Of a stretch of 64,000 nt of DNA, positions 1-10,763 are shown in pieces (within the stretch, counting starts at the first letter, position 1; each line of letters starts with the position of its first letter). The DNA is from a bacterium (GTDB lineage Bacteria; UBA8248): assembly GCA_965200245.1 (NCBI GenBank), contig CBDATS010000004.1:1056001-1120000 (forward strand). Direction: 5' to 3'. The notes under the pieces were generated by a model. It did no database searches. It was not told where the DNA came from and saw nothing but the letters and a program-made list of their open reading frames with translations. The position numbers were made by a program, and so were the translations under genes.

Positions 1-657
1 GTTCAACAAGCAATTGTTGAACAATGGGAAAACGCTGCCAATCGATTGAGCAAAGCTTTCGGGATTTTTTTGGAATCCGTTCCATGCTTCCTGTGTTGGC
101 GGAAGCATTCGTAAACTTATTGCTCTACATTTTGATGCGCCCAGAACTAAAAACAAACAAAAGGTTGAGGGAGAATGCATTTAAACAAAACATCGATGTT
201 CGTGTACAGAGCTTATCTTTTAAATTGTCGTGGATTTAAGCAAGCAGTTGATTTCTCTGATCCAATCTGTCGGCGATTTCATTCAATGATGAATAAGAGA
301 AACGACTTGTTGCATGGCAACATGGCAATCAACGAACTTCAATTCAACGAGACTTATTTTTTGGGCAACGTACCGATATTCAAAGAATATCGGTCAATGT
401 GGAATCGCGCGTTTGAGAATCAGAGAAAATCATTTGGTCTCGACAAAGTCTCAGGAGAAATTGCCACTGTCACAGAATTTATCGAGTACGTGTTGTCATG
501 TTTAGATGATCATATTCGAACCAATGTTGAGCAGGTTATTTCCAGACTTGAACTTGGTCTAAATAAAAAAGAAGATCGGGTGGGCGTTCTTTTCCCGGAG
601 CATTTGGTAGATTTTTGGGCTGGGCCGGATTCTAAGTCCGATAAGACGAAAGGCTAG
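1..657 (+). pseudogene. 3' part of an AT-rich hypothetical gene, split by a frameshift near 215
   Basis: ORFs 24..239 and 175..657 join into one continuous protein (...DVRVQSL/LNCRGFKQ...) across a T run. Confidence 0.5.
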
Positions 658-810
658 GTCCGTGTGGTCATTGAAGGGCATTCCACGAAGTTGGCGCCCT
701 CCAACTCAACTTGTTCTTTTGATGGCATATTGCTTGAAGGGATGTAAACATCCTTGAGCAAGAATTTAGAGGAGTGATTACTTTGTAATTACAGGAGGAA
801 TTAGATGAAT

Positions 811-999
811 TTAACTCAACGGCGAATGAACCCGCCACTTTCTTGCTATCCGTAATACTTCTCTTCTATTGCCAGTTCGTGTTGAGTGTCGAATCATCTT
901 GCGTGGATTGTAGCCACCTGCACAAGAGAGACCAACTGAAATTCGTGCCTGAAAGTAGTAGATACTGCCGCGCTTGCATAGATACGAAGGATTTGCCAT
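811..999 (-). pseudogene. DUF6538-like integrase N-terminal fragment
   Basis: MANPSYLCKRGSIYYFQARI...IRHSTRTGNRREVLRIA resembles the N-terminal domain of tyrosine integrases; next to a tRNA 3' end; no catalytic domain follows. Confidence 0.6.
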
Positions 1000-1104
1000 C
1001 GGTGTACCCCACTTTGTATGCCAAAATGTATGCTACCAATGACTGCAATCTTAGAATTCATTGATTTATAACCTGTTGATTTATAATATTTTAAATCCCT
1101 GACA

Positions 1105-1196
1105 TGGCGGAGAGAGAGGGATTCGAACCCTCGAGGCCGGTTTCCCAGCCTACTCGCTTAGCAGGCGAGCGCCTTCAGCCACTCGGCCATCTCTCC
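1105..1196 (-). tRNA. tRNA-Ser(GCT)
   Basis: Reverse complement GGAGAGATGGCCGAGTGG...CTCGC-CTGCTAA-GCGAG...GGTTCGAATCC...TCTCTCCGCCA; long variable arm; encoded CCA. Confidence 0.97.
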
Positions 1197-2148
1197 GCGA
1201 GGGGCGCCATTCTATATCACAAGAAGGGGCGGTGGCTATCCTCTCCCAGAGACATCAGCGCCCGATTCTGCTCCTGTGATGCCACGCAGGCTTTTCGAGA
1301 ACGCACGCACTGTGAAGGCCCATCGCAATGCCGGACCGGGAGAACACCATGGAAGGCCAATGATTCGGAATGTTCACCGAGATCCCGTGAGGAACGTGAA
1401 TCGAGGTTCGTCAGAAGGGTCATGATTCCGGTTGAAATCCAGGCGTAGCCAACAGTCCGCAAACGACACTCGCGACTCCCGGGCCGTGAGAAAGCCCCCT
1501 CACCCGCCTCGTCCCCGGCGCCGCTGATGAACACTTCCGTAACCGTCTTTCTCGAGTGCATCGGGGGTGACGTATCGATGCAAGTGTCGATGACACCGGT
1601 GGTCACCGTGGATCCGGGGGCCCTGTTTTGATCTTGAGCAGGTTCACGTGGCTATGCTCCTTATCCGCGCAATACACCCCAACCCCATTGATTCTGGAGT
1701 TTGGTATGCACGTCGTACGTTGCGGCAAGCCGCTGCGTTTTGGTATCGAAATCCTCAATGGAAGAGCAAGTTTCGTCGTGAAGAGAAGTGCACTTGACCG
1801 CCGGTGGGTCAGTGCAGTTCGGAGGTTTTCCGATTTGCCCCGGCGGTCAGGACGGAAGTAGTGACAGTTGTTACGGAAGGGTTGCCGGAAACGGCCGGGT
1901 TTCGGGCATCACCGCGACTTGCGGTTGTCTGCTCCCTCCTTCCTCGCCACGACCACGAATTTCCGCCCGACCCCAGCCTACATCTCTCCTGCCAAGCGCA
2001 TTGCCAATGCACCCTTCACCTCGGCGCGGTGGACTGTTCACGACAATATTATTCTGCCGGAATATCCTTACAACGCAATTGGTCGGAGGACTGGCTGAAA
2101 CACTCCGGGGCAGTGCATCCGGGATTCTGGGGTTGCACGCCGGTCTTC

Positions 2149-3240
2149 CTAGGAACTGACCTTGATCGCTTTGATCGCCATGGGGTCGATAGTTACATAG
2201 ACGCTCGCGCCCGATTCGAGCAGGGGCAGGCGGTGGCCGTGCACACGGATTTCGCTGCCCCCGGTGTTCAGCCAAAGTTCCAACACGCCACCCATGTAGA
2301 CTGCCTTATCAACGTGGCATTTCATTACGTTTGGCGTCCCCGCGGACGGTGCCTCGACGCTCGCGACGCAGTCTTCGGGCCGGATCGAGAGCAGTACCTT
2401 CGAGCCTTCCGTCACATCGGCGGTCCTGCACAGCAGTTTCACCTCGCCGACCTTGACCATCGTTTGCGAATCGCCTGAGGCTGCGTTGACGACCTCGCCC
2501 TCGATGAAGTTCGAGATGCCGACGAATCCGGCGACGAACTGATTGGCAGGGTTCTGGTAGATGTCGCTCGGCGAGCCCATCTGTTCGATTCGGCCGTGGT
2601 TCATCACCACGATGATGTCGCTCATCACCATGGCCTCGACCTGATCGTGGGTGACGAAAATGGTGGTGATGCCGGATTGGGTCTGCAGGTCCTTGAGTTC
2701 GAGGCGCATTTCCTCGCGCAGTGCGGCGTCGAGGTTGGAAAGCGGTTCGTCGAGAAGCAGCACGTCGGGCTCGTACACAAGCGCGCGGGCGAAGGCGACT
2801 CGCTGCTGCTGACCACCCGATAGTTGCGAGGGATAACGCTCCCCCAAGCCATCGAGCCGCACCAGACCCAATGAACGTTCCACCGCTTTCTCGATGTCGT
2901 TTTTCGGCGTCTTGCGCATCTGCAAACCAAACGCGACGTTGTCGCGCACCTTGAGATGCGGCCAAAGTCCATAGGACTGGAACACCATGCCGAGGTTTCG
3001 TTTGTGGGCGGGCACCAGCACATTTTCAGAAGCGCTCGAGATGAGTCTGTCACCGACATGGACATCGCCTTCGTCGGGGATTTCAAAACCGGCGATGATG
3101 TTCAGGGTGGTCGTCTTGCCACAACCGCTGGGTCCCAAGAGTGTCAGCAGTTTGCCTTTGGGCACCTCGAAGGAAATCGCGTCGACGGCGACCACATCGC
3201 CGAATCTCTTGACAAGTTTCTCAACCCGCACGCTTTGCAT
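2149..3240 (-). CDS. ABC transporter ATP-binding protein (Fe3+/polyamine PotA/FbpC-like)
   Basis: GPSGCGKT Walker A, LSGGQQQR signature, LLLDEP Walker B, C-terminal TOBE-like region. Confidence 0.93.
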   Translation of the reverse strand: MQSVRVEKLVKRFGDVVAVDAISFEVPKGKLLTLLGPSGCGKTTTLNIIAGFEIPDEGDVHVGDRLISSASENVLVPAHKRNLGMVFQSYGLWPHLKVRDNVAFGLQMRKTPKNDIEKAVERSLGLVRLDGLGERYPSQLSGGQQQRVAFARALVYEPDVLLLDEPLSNLDAALREEMRLELKDLQTQSGITTIFVTHDQVEAMVMSDIIVVMNHGRIEQMGSPSDIYQNPANQFVAGFVGISNFIEGEVVNAASGDSQTMVKVGEVKLLCRTADVTEGSKVLLSIRPEDCVASVEAPSAGTPNVMKCHVDKAVYMGGVLELWLNTGGSEIRVHGHRLPLLESGASVYVTIDPMAIKAIKVSS

Positions 3241-4964
3241 CAGGTGAGTCCCTCCACGTCGTTTTGTTTCGTGAGCCAGCGTACCAGCATCACCGAACCC
3301 AGGGATAAGATGACGATGATGAGCGAGAGAATGCACACGTGCGAGAAGAGCCCCTCGTCATAGAGCTGGATCAGGATGGTGCTGATGACCTCTTTGTTTG
3401 AGCTGAACAACATGATCGAAGCAGACAGTTCGCGCATCATGGACACGAAAAGAATGATCCAGCCGGCGACGATGCCCGGCATGGCCAGCGGCACAAGGAT
3501 TTTCCAGAATACGACTCCCCAGTTCGCACCGCTTACGGAAGCGGCCCGTTCCAACTCTTCATGGATCTGCGTGATGGAATTCGAAACCGAGCGCACGCCG
3601 AACGGCAAAAAGCGCGTGATGTAGGCGATCAGGATGATCCACAGCGTGTGGTACAGGTTGAATGGTTCCCGGATGTAGGCCCAGAGCATCGCAATGGCGA
3701 TAACCGCTCCCGGAATGGCCACCGGAATGAGCGCGAGAAAATCGAGCGTTCCCCTGCCCTTCCATGTGCTGCGGACCACGAAATAGGCGACGACGGCTGA
3801 CAGCGCGATGCCGATAGTGGCACCCATGAAACTCAGCAAGAGGCTGTTCTGGATGGAACGGAGGATGACCGCGCCCCCGTCACCGGTAATGATCTCGACC
3901 AAGTGGCCCAGCGTGAGATATTCCAGGGTCGGCGGACGTCCGCGATTCGAGATGAACGTGCCGTAAACCAGCGTCAGCACAGGAAGGATGGCCGATACCA
4001 GAAGGTAGAAGGAAGCGAAGGCCAGGGCCAGATATTTCCAGGGGCCCAGTTCCACGAGCCGGGGCCGGAAGCTCTTGCCGGCGACCGTGGTGTATCTGGA
4101 ACTTCGTCCCAGTGCCTTTGTCTGTCCCCAAAGCGCCAGCCCGCAGATCAGCAGGACAGGGATCGACATGGCGGCGGCGTGCGAGAAGTTCGGCGGAATG
4201 CCAATCATCATACGCCAGAGCTGGGTGGAGAACACGTATATGCCGCCCGAGACGCCGATGGTCGCCGGTATGGCGAAAACCTCCAGCGACTGGATGAAAG
4301 TCAGAAGCGCGCCCGAGAGAATAGCCGGTGCCGCCATGGGAAGCGTGATGCGGAGCGTCGTTTTCCACTGGCTCGCGCCACTCACATGGGCGGCGTGCTC
4401 GAGTGTGGGGTCCATGTTCTTGAACGCCGTGACCGTGAAGATGAAAACATAGGGTGCGAGGGAGAGGGCCATCACGAAGATGAGCCCGCCCATCGTGAAG
4501 ATGTCGAACAAAGGTTCTTTGGTGCCCACCAGCCACTTCCAGAACAGGTTCACGAATCCCACGCGCGGCGTGCCGAGATAGGCCCAGGCCACCGCCACCA
4601 CGACGGGTGGCATGATGAAGGGCAGAATCGCGATCATGTTGATGTAGTTCTTGAACGGCGTATCGGTTCGCCCGACAATCCAGGCGAGGGGAACGCCGAT
4701 AAGGACGGACAGACTCGTTACCCCGACCGACATGACCGCGGTGTTCCACAACACCTCGCCCATGTACTCCGCCTCGAAAATGGCGAAATAGGCTTCGAGG
4801 GTGAAGTCCGAACTTATCGGATCGGGTCTGAAGCTGCCCAGCACCAGCCAGAACAGCGGGTAGAGTACTACGAAGCCGATGACGAGAAGACATCCCCATT
4901 CGAGTACCCGAACGGTGCTCGGAAGCCTGAACATGGCAAACGAACGGGGACGCATCTCAGTCAA
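3240..4964 (-). CDS. ABC transporter permease (FbpB-like, two fused TM domains)
   Basis: Hydrophobic 574 aa with two EAA loops (LEHAAHVSGA, LERAASVSGA). Confidence 0.92.
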   Translation of the reverse strand: MTEMRPRSFAMFRLPSTVRVLEWGCLLVIGFVVLYPLFWLVLGSFRPDPISSDFTLEAYFAIFEAEYMGEVLWNTAVMSVGVTSLSVLIGVPLAWIVGRTDTPFKNYINMIAILPFIMPPVVVAVAWAYLGTPRVGFVNLFWKWLVGTKEPLFDIFTMGGLIFVMALSLAPYVFIFTVTAFKNMDPTLEHAAHVSGASQWKTTLRITLPMAAPAILSGALLTFIQSLEVFAIPATIGVSGGIYVFSTQLWRMMIGIPPNFSHAAAMSIPVLLICGLALWGQTKALGRSSRYTTVAGKSFRPRLVELGPWKYLALAFASFYLLVSAILPVLTLVYGTFISNRGRPPTLEYLTLGHLVEIITGDGGAVILRSIQNSLLLSFMGATIGIALSAVVAYFVVRSTWKGRGTLDFLALIPVAIPGAVIAIAMLWAYIREPFNLYHTLWIILIAYITRFLPFGVRSVSNSITQIHEELERAASVSGANWGVVFWKILVPLAMPGIVAGWIILFVSMMRELSASIMLFSSNKEVISTILIQLYDEGLFSHVCILSLIIVILSLGSVMLVRWLTKQNDVEGLT

Positions 4965-4978
4965 TCGACCGAAGCCTG

Positions 4979-5989
4979 TTATTTCTTTCTCTTCGCTTCA
5001 CGAATGTGCTTGGTCATGAAGCTGCGGTATTTCTTCTGCTCCTTGAACACCTTCTCCCAGTTCGCATACAACGGTTTGAAGGGATAGGGAATGCCCTTCA
5101 CGTGCGGCACGTCCGAGCGCGCGGAGTTGATCTTCACGTCCTGTGTGATAACCGTCTGGCCTTCCTTGGAGAGAATCCAGCGGTACACTTTTTCCGCGTT
5201 TTTCGGGTTCGGGCCATCCTTTATCATGCCGAACGAAGCAGGGACGACCGGCGTACCTTCCTTCATCTTGGCGATCTTGATTTTGGCGCCCTTGTTGATG
5301 CGCCGGATGGCGATATATTCGAACACCATCGTCACGTCGCGCTCGCCGGTGGCGACACGCTCGGTGGAGGCACCCATGCGCGATTGCACCAGCGCTCCGT
5401 TGTAGAGCAGACCCCTGATATATTTCTCCCCGAAACCATCCGCGCCGTAGAAGAAATCCCAAAGACCCGCGGACTGGAATGGATCCACGAGCACGAGACG
5501 GTTCTTCCATTTGGGTTGCGTCAGTTCGGCGAAACTCTTGGGCGCCTCACCTGGCTTCACGTTGTCGGTGTTGTAGATGACCTGCAGCGTCGGAGCGCGC
5601 AGCCCGACCCACTGCGCTTTTTCGTCCTTGCCCCATGCCGGGAAGTTCTTGGCCTCGGGGAATTGGGTGACGTTCTTCACGTAGCCTCTCTTGGCGAGGT
5701 CGTACCAGCCCGGCGTATAACTGAAGTGCAGCAGGTCGATCTTGCCCTTGCCCACCGAGCGCTCGGCCACGAAACGCTGATAGAGGCTCACGCCGCCCGC
5801 CGTGATGGACTGCACCTTGATATCCGGGAATTTCTTCTCGATGGCTTTCACCAGCGTCGCCTGCGCGGCCGTGGTGAGCGAGGAATAGAAGATGAGATTG
5901 GCTTTTTGCGCCACGGCCGCCTGGGAAGTGAATGCAACGATCCCGGCAATGACCAAACCCACGAGAATTGACTTGATAGAACATTTCAT
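4979..5989 (-). CDS. ABC transporter extracellular solute-binding protein (Fe3+/thiamine-like family)
   Basis: Signal peptide; IYNTDNV...PKSFAELTQPKWK and WILSKEGQ motifs; first gene of the operon. Confidence 0.88.
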   Translation of the reverse strand: MKCSIKSILVGLVIAGIVAFTSQAAVAQKANLIFYSSLTTAAQATLVKAIEKKFPDIKVQSITAGGVSLYQRFVAERSVGKGKIDLLHFSYTPGWYDLAKRGYVKNVTQFPEAKNFPAWGKDEKAQWVGLRAPTLQVIYNTDNVKPGEAPKSFAELTQPKWKNRLVLVDPFQSAGLWDFFYGADGFGEKYIRGLLYNGALVQSRMGASTERVATGERDVTMVFEYIAIRRINKGAKIKIAKMKEGTPVVPASFGMIKDGPNPKNAEKVYRWILSKEGQTVITQDVKINSARSDVPHVKGIPYPFKPLYANWEKVFKEQKKYRSFMTKHIREAKRKK

Positions 5990-6200
5990 GTTGTCTCTCC
6001 CTGATGGTGGTATGGATCTCCTGAAAAACACGTCTGCCAAGAACCCGTTCGCTACGAGTCTTTCCGGTGCGGTTACGCCACTCCCCCGTTTTTACGATTG
6101 AATTCATTAGAACAGGTTCAGGGAACCGGGTCAAACCAACACCGGGATAACCGAATGAGGCCGCACCGTTCCATATATCGGGTTTCTCCCGCATCTCGGC

Positions 6201-7029
6201 CTAAAGTGGCGGAACGGCTGCCTTGATGGAAACCGGAACGTTCTGAAAGGTTTTTACGAACTTCGCCGTGTTCGCCGAGATGGCCTCGAAAATTTTCTCT
6301 CCCTTCTCCGCCGATGCGAGGGTGGCCGCTCCGCCGACTCCCATCGCTTCTCGGTTCCGTCCATATTCCTCCATCGTTGGCGGAAAGGAGAGTTTGGGAT
6401 TCTCGACACGGTTGACTGCGTGATCCACAGACACGAAGCGGTGCTCAAAATCGCCCACCTCGGGAATGGCGTCCAAGGCACGTTCCATCTTCACCTGATC
6501 GCCGTACTTGTAAAGCATGAAGGAGGTCTCGGATTCGCATCCATGGCCTACCCCTCCCGGAGGGCTCTCGCATACGTCGCGGATTTCCTTTCCGGCGATA
6601 AGCGCCAAGTCCACGATGGCGACAGCCGCGCCCGTCAGGTTCCTGACCCGCACGACCGCAATCTCAAGCGGCGGGAGGTTCGCGACCCGGTGCCCGTTCA
6701 GGATCACGATATGCCTGAATCCGTGAACGACGAGACTGTTGCACACGTCCTCGACAACGCGCGTGAGTGTCTCGGCGGCGAGCGATATCGTCCCCGGAAA
6801 CGCGAGGTGATGAGGCGACCACCCGAACCACAGACAGGGGAGCGGAAATCAGGGCATCCGCCCGTTCGGCCACTTCTTCCGCAGTCGCGATGGCTTCTGC
6901 CGCATCCGTTCCGAGCGGGCAATGCGGCCCGTGTTGTTCCGTGGCACCGACGGGCACGAGCGCCGTATCCCCGCGCTTGAGATATTCTTCCACGTCCGGC
7001 CAAGTCAGTTCCTGTATCCAGCGGCACAT
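6201..7029 (-). pseudogene. Creatininase / amidohydrolase family protein, frameshifted
   Basis: PVGATEQHGPHCPLGTD, ILNGH and GHGCESETS motifs; a 4-bp tandem duplication at 6830-6837 breaks the frame. Confidence 0.85.
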
Positions 7030-7068
7030 GAATTCTCTCTCCTCTTTTTCGAGCTACGCTCTCCCTGA

Positions 7069-7536
7069 CTAATGCCTCGGCTCCACCCACCCCGACCAAC
7101 TGCGTCTCAGGGCCTCGCATTCGGCCACCCGAACGCCCGTGACGAGTTCGATGGTTTGATTCCCCATGTCCAGAAGTTTTTCGACGGAATAGTCTCCATA
7201 GTCGGTTCGCCTCATTTCCGCATGGCGAGCACCCAGAACGAGCGTTTCAACCTTCGCCAGGACGATCGCCCAGCAGCACATCGGGCAGGGTCCCATCGCC
7301 GTATAGAGTGTCGATCCGGGCAGATCAAGAGTACCCAACTCCCGGCAAGCGTTTCGAATGGCGTCGGTCTCGCCGTGGCAGGTGGGATCGTTGTGAGAGT
7401 TGGCGCGGTTCTGCCCCCTGCCGATCACCTCTCCGTTTCTTACGATGATGGACCCGACGGGAGGGTTCCCCGCCTCGAGCGCAAGACGCGACTCCTCAAG
7501 CGCCAAACCCATGAAATGGTAATGATCTTCGGCCAT
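7069..7536 (-). CDS. Nucleoside/nucleobase deaminase (cytidine/TadA/guanine deaminase fold)
   Basis: HGE and PCPMC zinc motifs; GNPPVGSIIV. Confidence 0.88.
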   Translation of the reverse strand: MAEDHYHFMGLALEESRLALEAGNPPVGSIIVRNGEVIGRGQNRANSHNDPTCHGETDAIRNACRELGTLDLPGSTLYTAMGPCPMCCWAIVLAKVETLVLGARHAEMRRTDYGDYSVEKLLDMGNQTIELVTGVRVAECEALRRSWSGWVEPRH

Positions 7537-7776
7537 GGAAGTTCCTCCTCATCTGCGGCGGGACGAAAAACGCAAAACTCCTGCTGCACGAACTCGCGCC
7601 CGGGAAAATACCCAAGCGGACACCTGTGCGCGCGAGGGTTGTTCCCCGCTTCGCGGCAACGGACGCATACCCCCCGGCATGACAAAAGGATGTGTCATAT
7701 CATCACCGGCAAGCGGTGAAGAAGAGATAACGACTACAAGAAATCCGGGCACTTCATCGTTCATGCCCGAAAGATA

Positions 7777-7800
7777 TGACGGAGGGAGAAGGATTCGAAC
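7777..7800 (-). repeat. Duplicated tRNA-Ser(TGA) 3' end (att-like direct repeat)
   Basis: TGACGGAGGGAGAAGGATTCGAAC matches 13045-13068 (TGGCGGAGGGAGAGGGATTCGAAC) at 22/24 in the same orientation. Confidence 0.8.
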
Positions 7801-8345
7801 ATGAATCATAAATTGTATTTATAAAATACGATAATGAAGCCCCTGTCCGGAATGTCCCTTCCCCTTTTCGCAAGCCACCCACTGGATGCCATGGAGGAGA
7901 AGATGCTGGTTTGCCTGCCAGATTGTTCAGATGCCCCACAAATGGAATCCTACCATAGACCGGAAGAAACGGACACGCTCGAAAGATGCCGGCAGGCTGC
8001 GAATTCACCGACATGGTGTTGCAACCTGCTTCAAAATGACGTTTTCCGAAAGGGGGGATGCGGCACCCGCCCCAAATTCATGGGGAGACCGTTCTGGCTC
8101 GAACACTTTGCCCCTGAGTGGCAAAGCCAGGGGGCGGAGGGGGACATCGGCGCCCGGCATCGAATACCCAACGCAACCGAAATTTTTACAATCTCTACGC
8201 ATCCCTCCGTGACCCGGTCGGGCAAAGGAGACCGAACCTCTTACCTCATGACTCCCATCTTAAGCAGAATGCAACCCAGTTCCGGATTACCGAACCAACA
8301 CATAGCGCAGGCAGGGCCGGTTCCTGTGCAGAGGGCAGAGGAAGG

Positions 8346-8373
8346 TTGACTTAGAATGGTCAAATGCTAGGAT
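8346..8373 (+). promoter_or_regulatory. Putative sigma70 promoter with overlapping TTGAC-N8-GTCAA palindrome
   Basis: TTGACT-16 nt-TAGGAT upstream of the sugar ABC operon; inverted repeat at 8346-8363. Confidence 0.45.
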
Positions 8374-8536
8374 AGTTCCATTCAAGTTGCCAAATAGAAT
8401 AATCGGGTTCCCTGGAATGGTACGACATGCTCCCGTAGTACCCATTCGATTCCGGCAAACTTCATTCTGGGAGTGCGCCCGGAATCCTTAATTGGACCGC
8501 TGGCAAAAACAGGTGGAACGGAAAGGAGACACAGCC

Positions 8537-9823
8537 ATGCGAAGGTTTCTCATGACTCAGCTTCTGGTCGGTTTGGCAACAGCACTTCTCTGCTATCCAG
8601 CATTCGCCCAGCAGACAAGAATCACATGGTGGGAACATAGCAATCCTCCGCACAACAACTACTCGAAGCAGCTAGTGGCGGAGTGGAACAAAAAGAACCC
8701 CAAGACTCCTGTGCAGTATGATTTTTTCGCGATGACCCCTTACTTCCAGAAACTCACGGCCGCGCTTTCCACGCGCTCGGCGGCTGACATGTTCACGCTC
8801 ATCGACTTCCTGCTGCCCGGCTTCACTACAAAGAACGTCCTCGCGCCCATTCGTCCCGAGTGGCTGGGCTACAAGGACCTTGAGGACATGAAGAAGGCCT
8901 ACCTGCCGGGGGCGCTGGACGGCTACATCCACAAGGGGAAGCTCTACGCCGTCCCTCCCATCGCTTCGGGTTTCAGCCTCTTCATCAACAAGAAGCACTT
9001 CCGGGAGGCGGGCCTTGACCCGGACAAGGATTATCCGCGTACCTGGGAAGATGTTGGCCGCATCGGGAAAAAACTGGCGAAAATGAGGGGAAGCAGGATG
9101 ATACGCGAGGGCTTCGATTTCGCCATGCACTCCTCCACCTGGACGATGTGGTACTTCAACACGACGATTCGGCAATATGGGGGAGAAGTCCTCGACGCCT
9201 CCGGGAAAAAATGCACGGCCAACAGCGAGGCGGGCATCAAGGCCATGAACGTCCGGGCCAGGATTGCACACCACTACAAGGCTTCGGACCCCACCGTAAG
9301 CCTGGGCACAAACGCCCTCCCGGCGGACGATTTGCCCAAAGGGCGCGTCTCCATGTTCATCACCCACGCAGGGAGTGTGGCGCAATTCGGCCCCAAGGTA
9401 ATGAAAGACATGAAGGTGGTACCCTTCCCGCAGGTAGACCCCAAGAAACCCGTGACGCCCATTTACGGTTTCGCCCTCGCGGTGAATCCCCATATTTCCG
9501 AGGCGAAGCAGAAGACAGTGCACAGTGTGCTGAAGCACATCGTCAAGGATCCCAAGACGTGGTATGAGAAGACATCCTATCCCCATCCTGACAAGAATTT
9601 TCTTAACCTCCCGGGGATGGAAGATGCGCGCAAGACGCGCTACCTGGGCGTTTTCGTCAAGGACATCTCGAACGGGCGCTTCCTCCAGCGGTCCGCCAAG
9701 ATCCTTGAACTCAACCAGGCCATTCACCGGGCAATGGAACGCGTGGTCCTGAGGGGAGACGACCCCAGGAAGTCACTTGACAAGGCGTGCAAGGAGATCG
9801 ACGCGGCACTGGCCAAACAGTAG
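8537..9823 (+). CDS. Sugar ABC transporter substrate-binding protein (CUT1 family)
   Basis: AAGGAG RBS, signal peptide, GKLYAVP...LFINKKHFREAGLDPD..PRTWED. Confidence 0.9.
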   Translation: MRRFLMTQLLVGLATALLCYPAFAQQTRITWWEHSNPPHNNYSKQLVAEWNKKNPKTPVQYDFFAMTPYFQKLTAALSTRSAADMFTLIDFLLPGFTTKNVLAPIRPEWLGYKDLEDMKKAYLPGALDGYIHKGKLYAVPPIASGFSLFINKKHFREAGLDPDKDYPRTWEDVGRIGKKLAKMRGSRMIREGFDFAMHSSTWTMWYFNTTIRQYGGEVLDASGKKCTANSEAGIKAMNVRARIAHHYKASDPTVSLGTNALPADDLPKGRVSMFITHAGSVAQFGPKVMKDMKVVPFPQVDPKKPVTPIYGFALAVNPHISEAKQKTVHSVLKHIVKDPKTWYEKTSYPHPDKNFLNLPGMEDARKTRYLGVFVKDISNGRFLQRSAKILELNQAIHRAMERVVLRGDDPRKSLDKACKEIDAALAKQ

Positions 9824-9834
9824 GCGGAGAACCG

Positions 9835-10763
9835 ATGACTCGCAAGATCGGCGTCGGTCGGGCCTTGCCTTTGATAAGCAGGAACTCCGCTTCCCTGCTA
9901 CGGCGGTTGGGGGCGTGGAGGAAGAAACCCTCCCTCCACAGCCACCTCCGCTGGGCGGGGTTCTTTTTCGTTCTTCCAGCACTCATCCATCTTGTAATCT
10001 TCAAGTTCTACCCCATGTTCCAGGCCTTGCGGCTGAGTTTCTACCGCTACGACCTCATGAGCCCGCCCGTTTTCACCGGGTTGAACAACTACAACCTCCT
10101 TTGGGAGAACCCGCTCTTTCATCAGTCCTTCTGGGTATCGGTCAAATACATGTTCGGAGTCTCCATCCCGGAGTGGTTCTTTGCGCTGGGTCTGGCCCTC
10201 CTCCTGAACCGGCGGATGCCGGGGCGGGGGTTTATCCGCCTGGCGTACTTCTTCCCAATCGCGATGTCCCAGATCGTGGTGGCCATGGCATGGAAGTTCA
10301 TGTACCACCCCTACGGCCTGGTAAACACGATTCTGGAGACCTTCGGAATCGGCCGCATCAACTGGCTCTCCATGGAGGAGTCGGCCCTGCCCGCCCTCAT
10401 CGCCATCGGCATCTGGCGGGCCTCCAGGCCATCCCGAAAGAATACCATGAGGCGGCCATCATCGACGGTGCGGGAGTGTTCCAGCGCTTTATTTACGTGA
10501 CGATTCCCCTGCTCCTGCCCACGATACTTTTCGTCATGGTGCTGTCTCTCCTCTCGGCCGTAAAGGTGTTCCTCAACCCCCTAGTCATGACCGAGGGCGG
10601 CCCAAACGGGACAACCCGGGTGCTTCCCTACTTCATCTATGAAACGGGGTTCGCTTTCTTCCGCATGGGTGAGGCCGCCGCAGCGTCGATGGTACTGTTC
10701 GTCTTTCTTTTCGGCCTGACCCTGATTCAGTTGCGGCTCCTGCGACGGGGAGGTGTCGAATGA
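9835..10763 (+). pseudogene. Sugar ABC permease 1 with internal deletion and frameshift at ~10413-10420
   Basis: N-terminal half in frame of ORF 9787; LAGLQAIPKEYHEAAIIDGA half in another frame; the usual linker between IWR and LAG is missing. Confidence 0.8.

Noticed and set aside
7540-7690. Riboswitch upstream of the deaminase (ZTP- or ykkC-like words)
   Set aside because: Only partial words match, and the ykkC-like word is on the wrong strand; no full consensus structure
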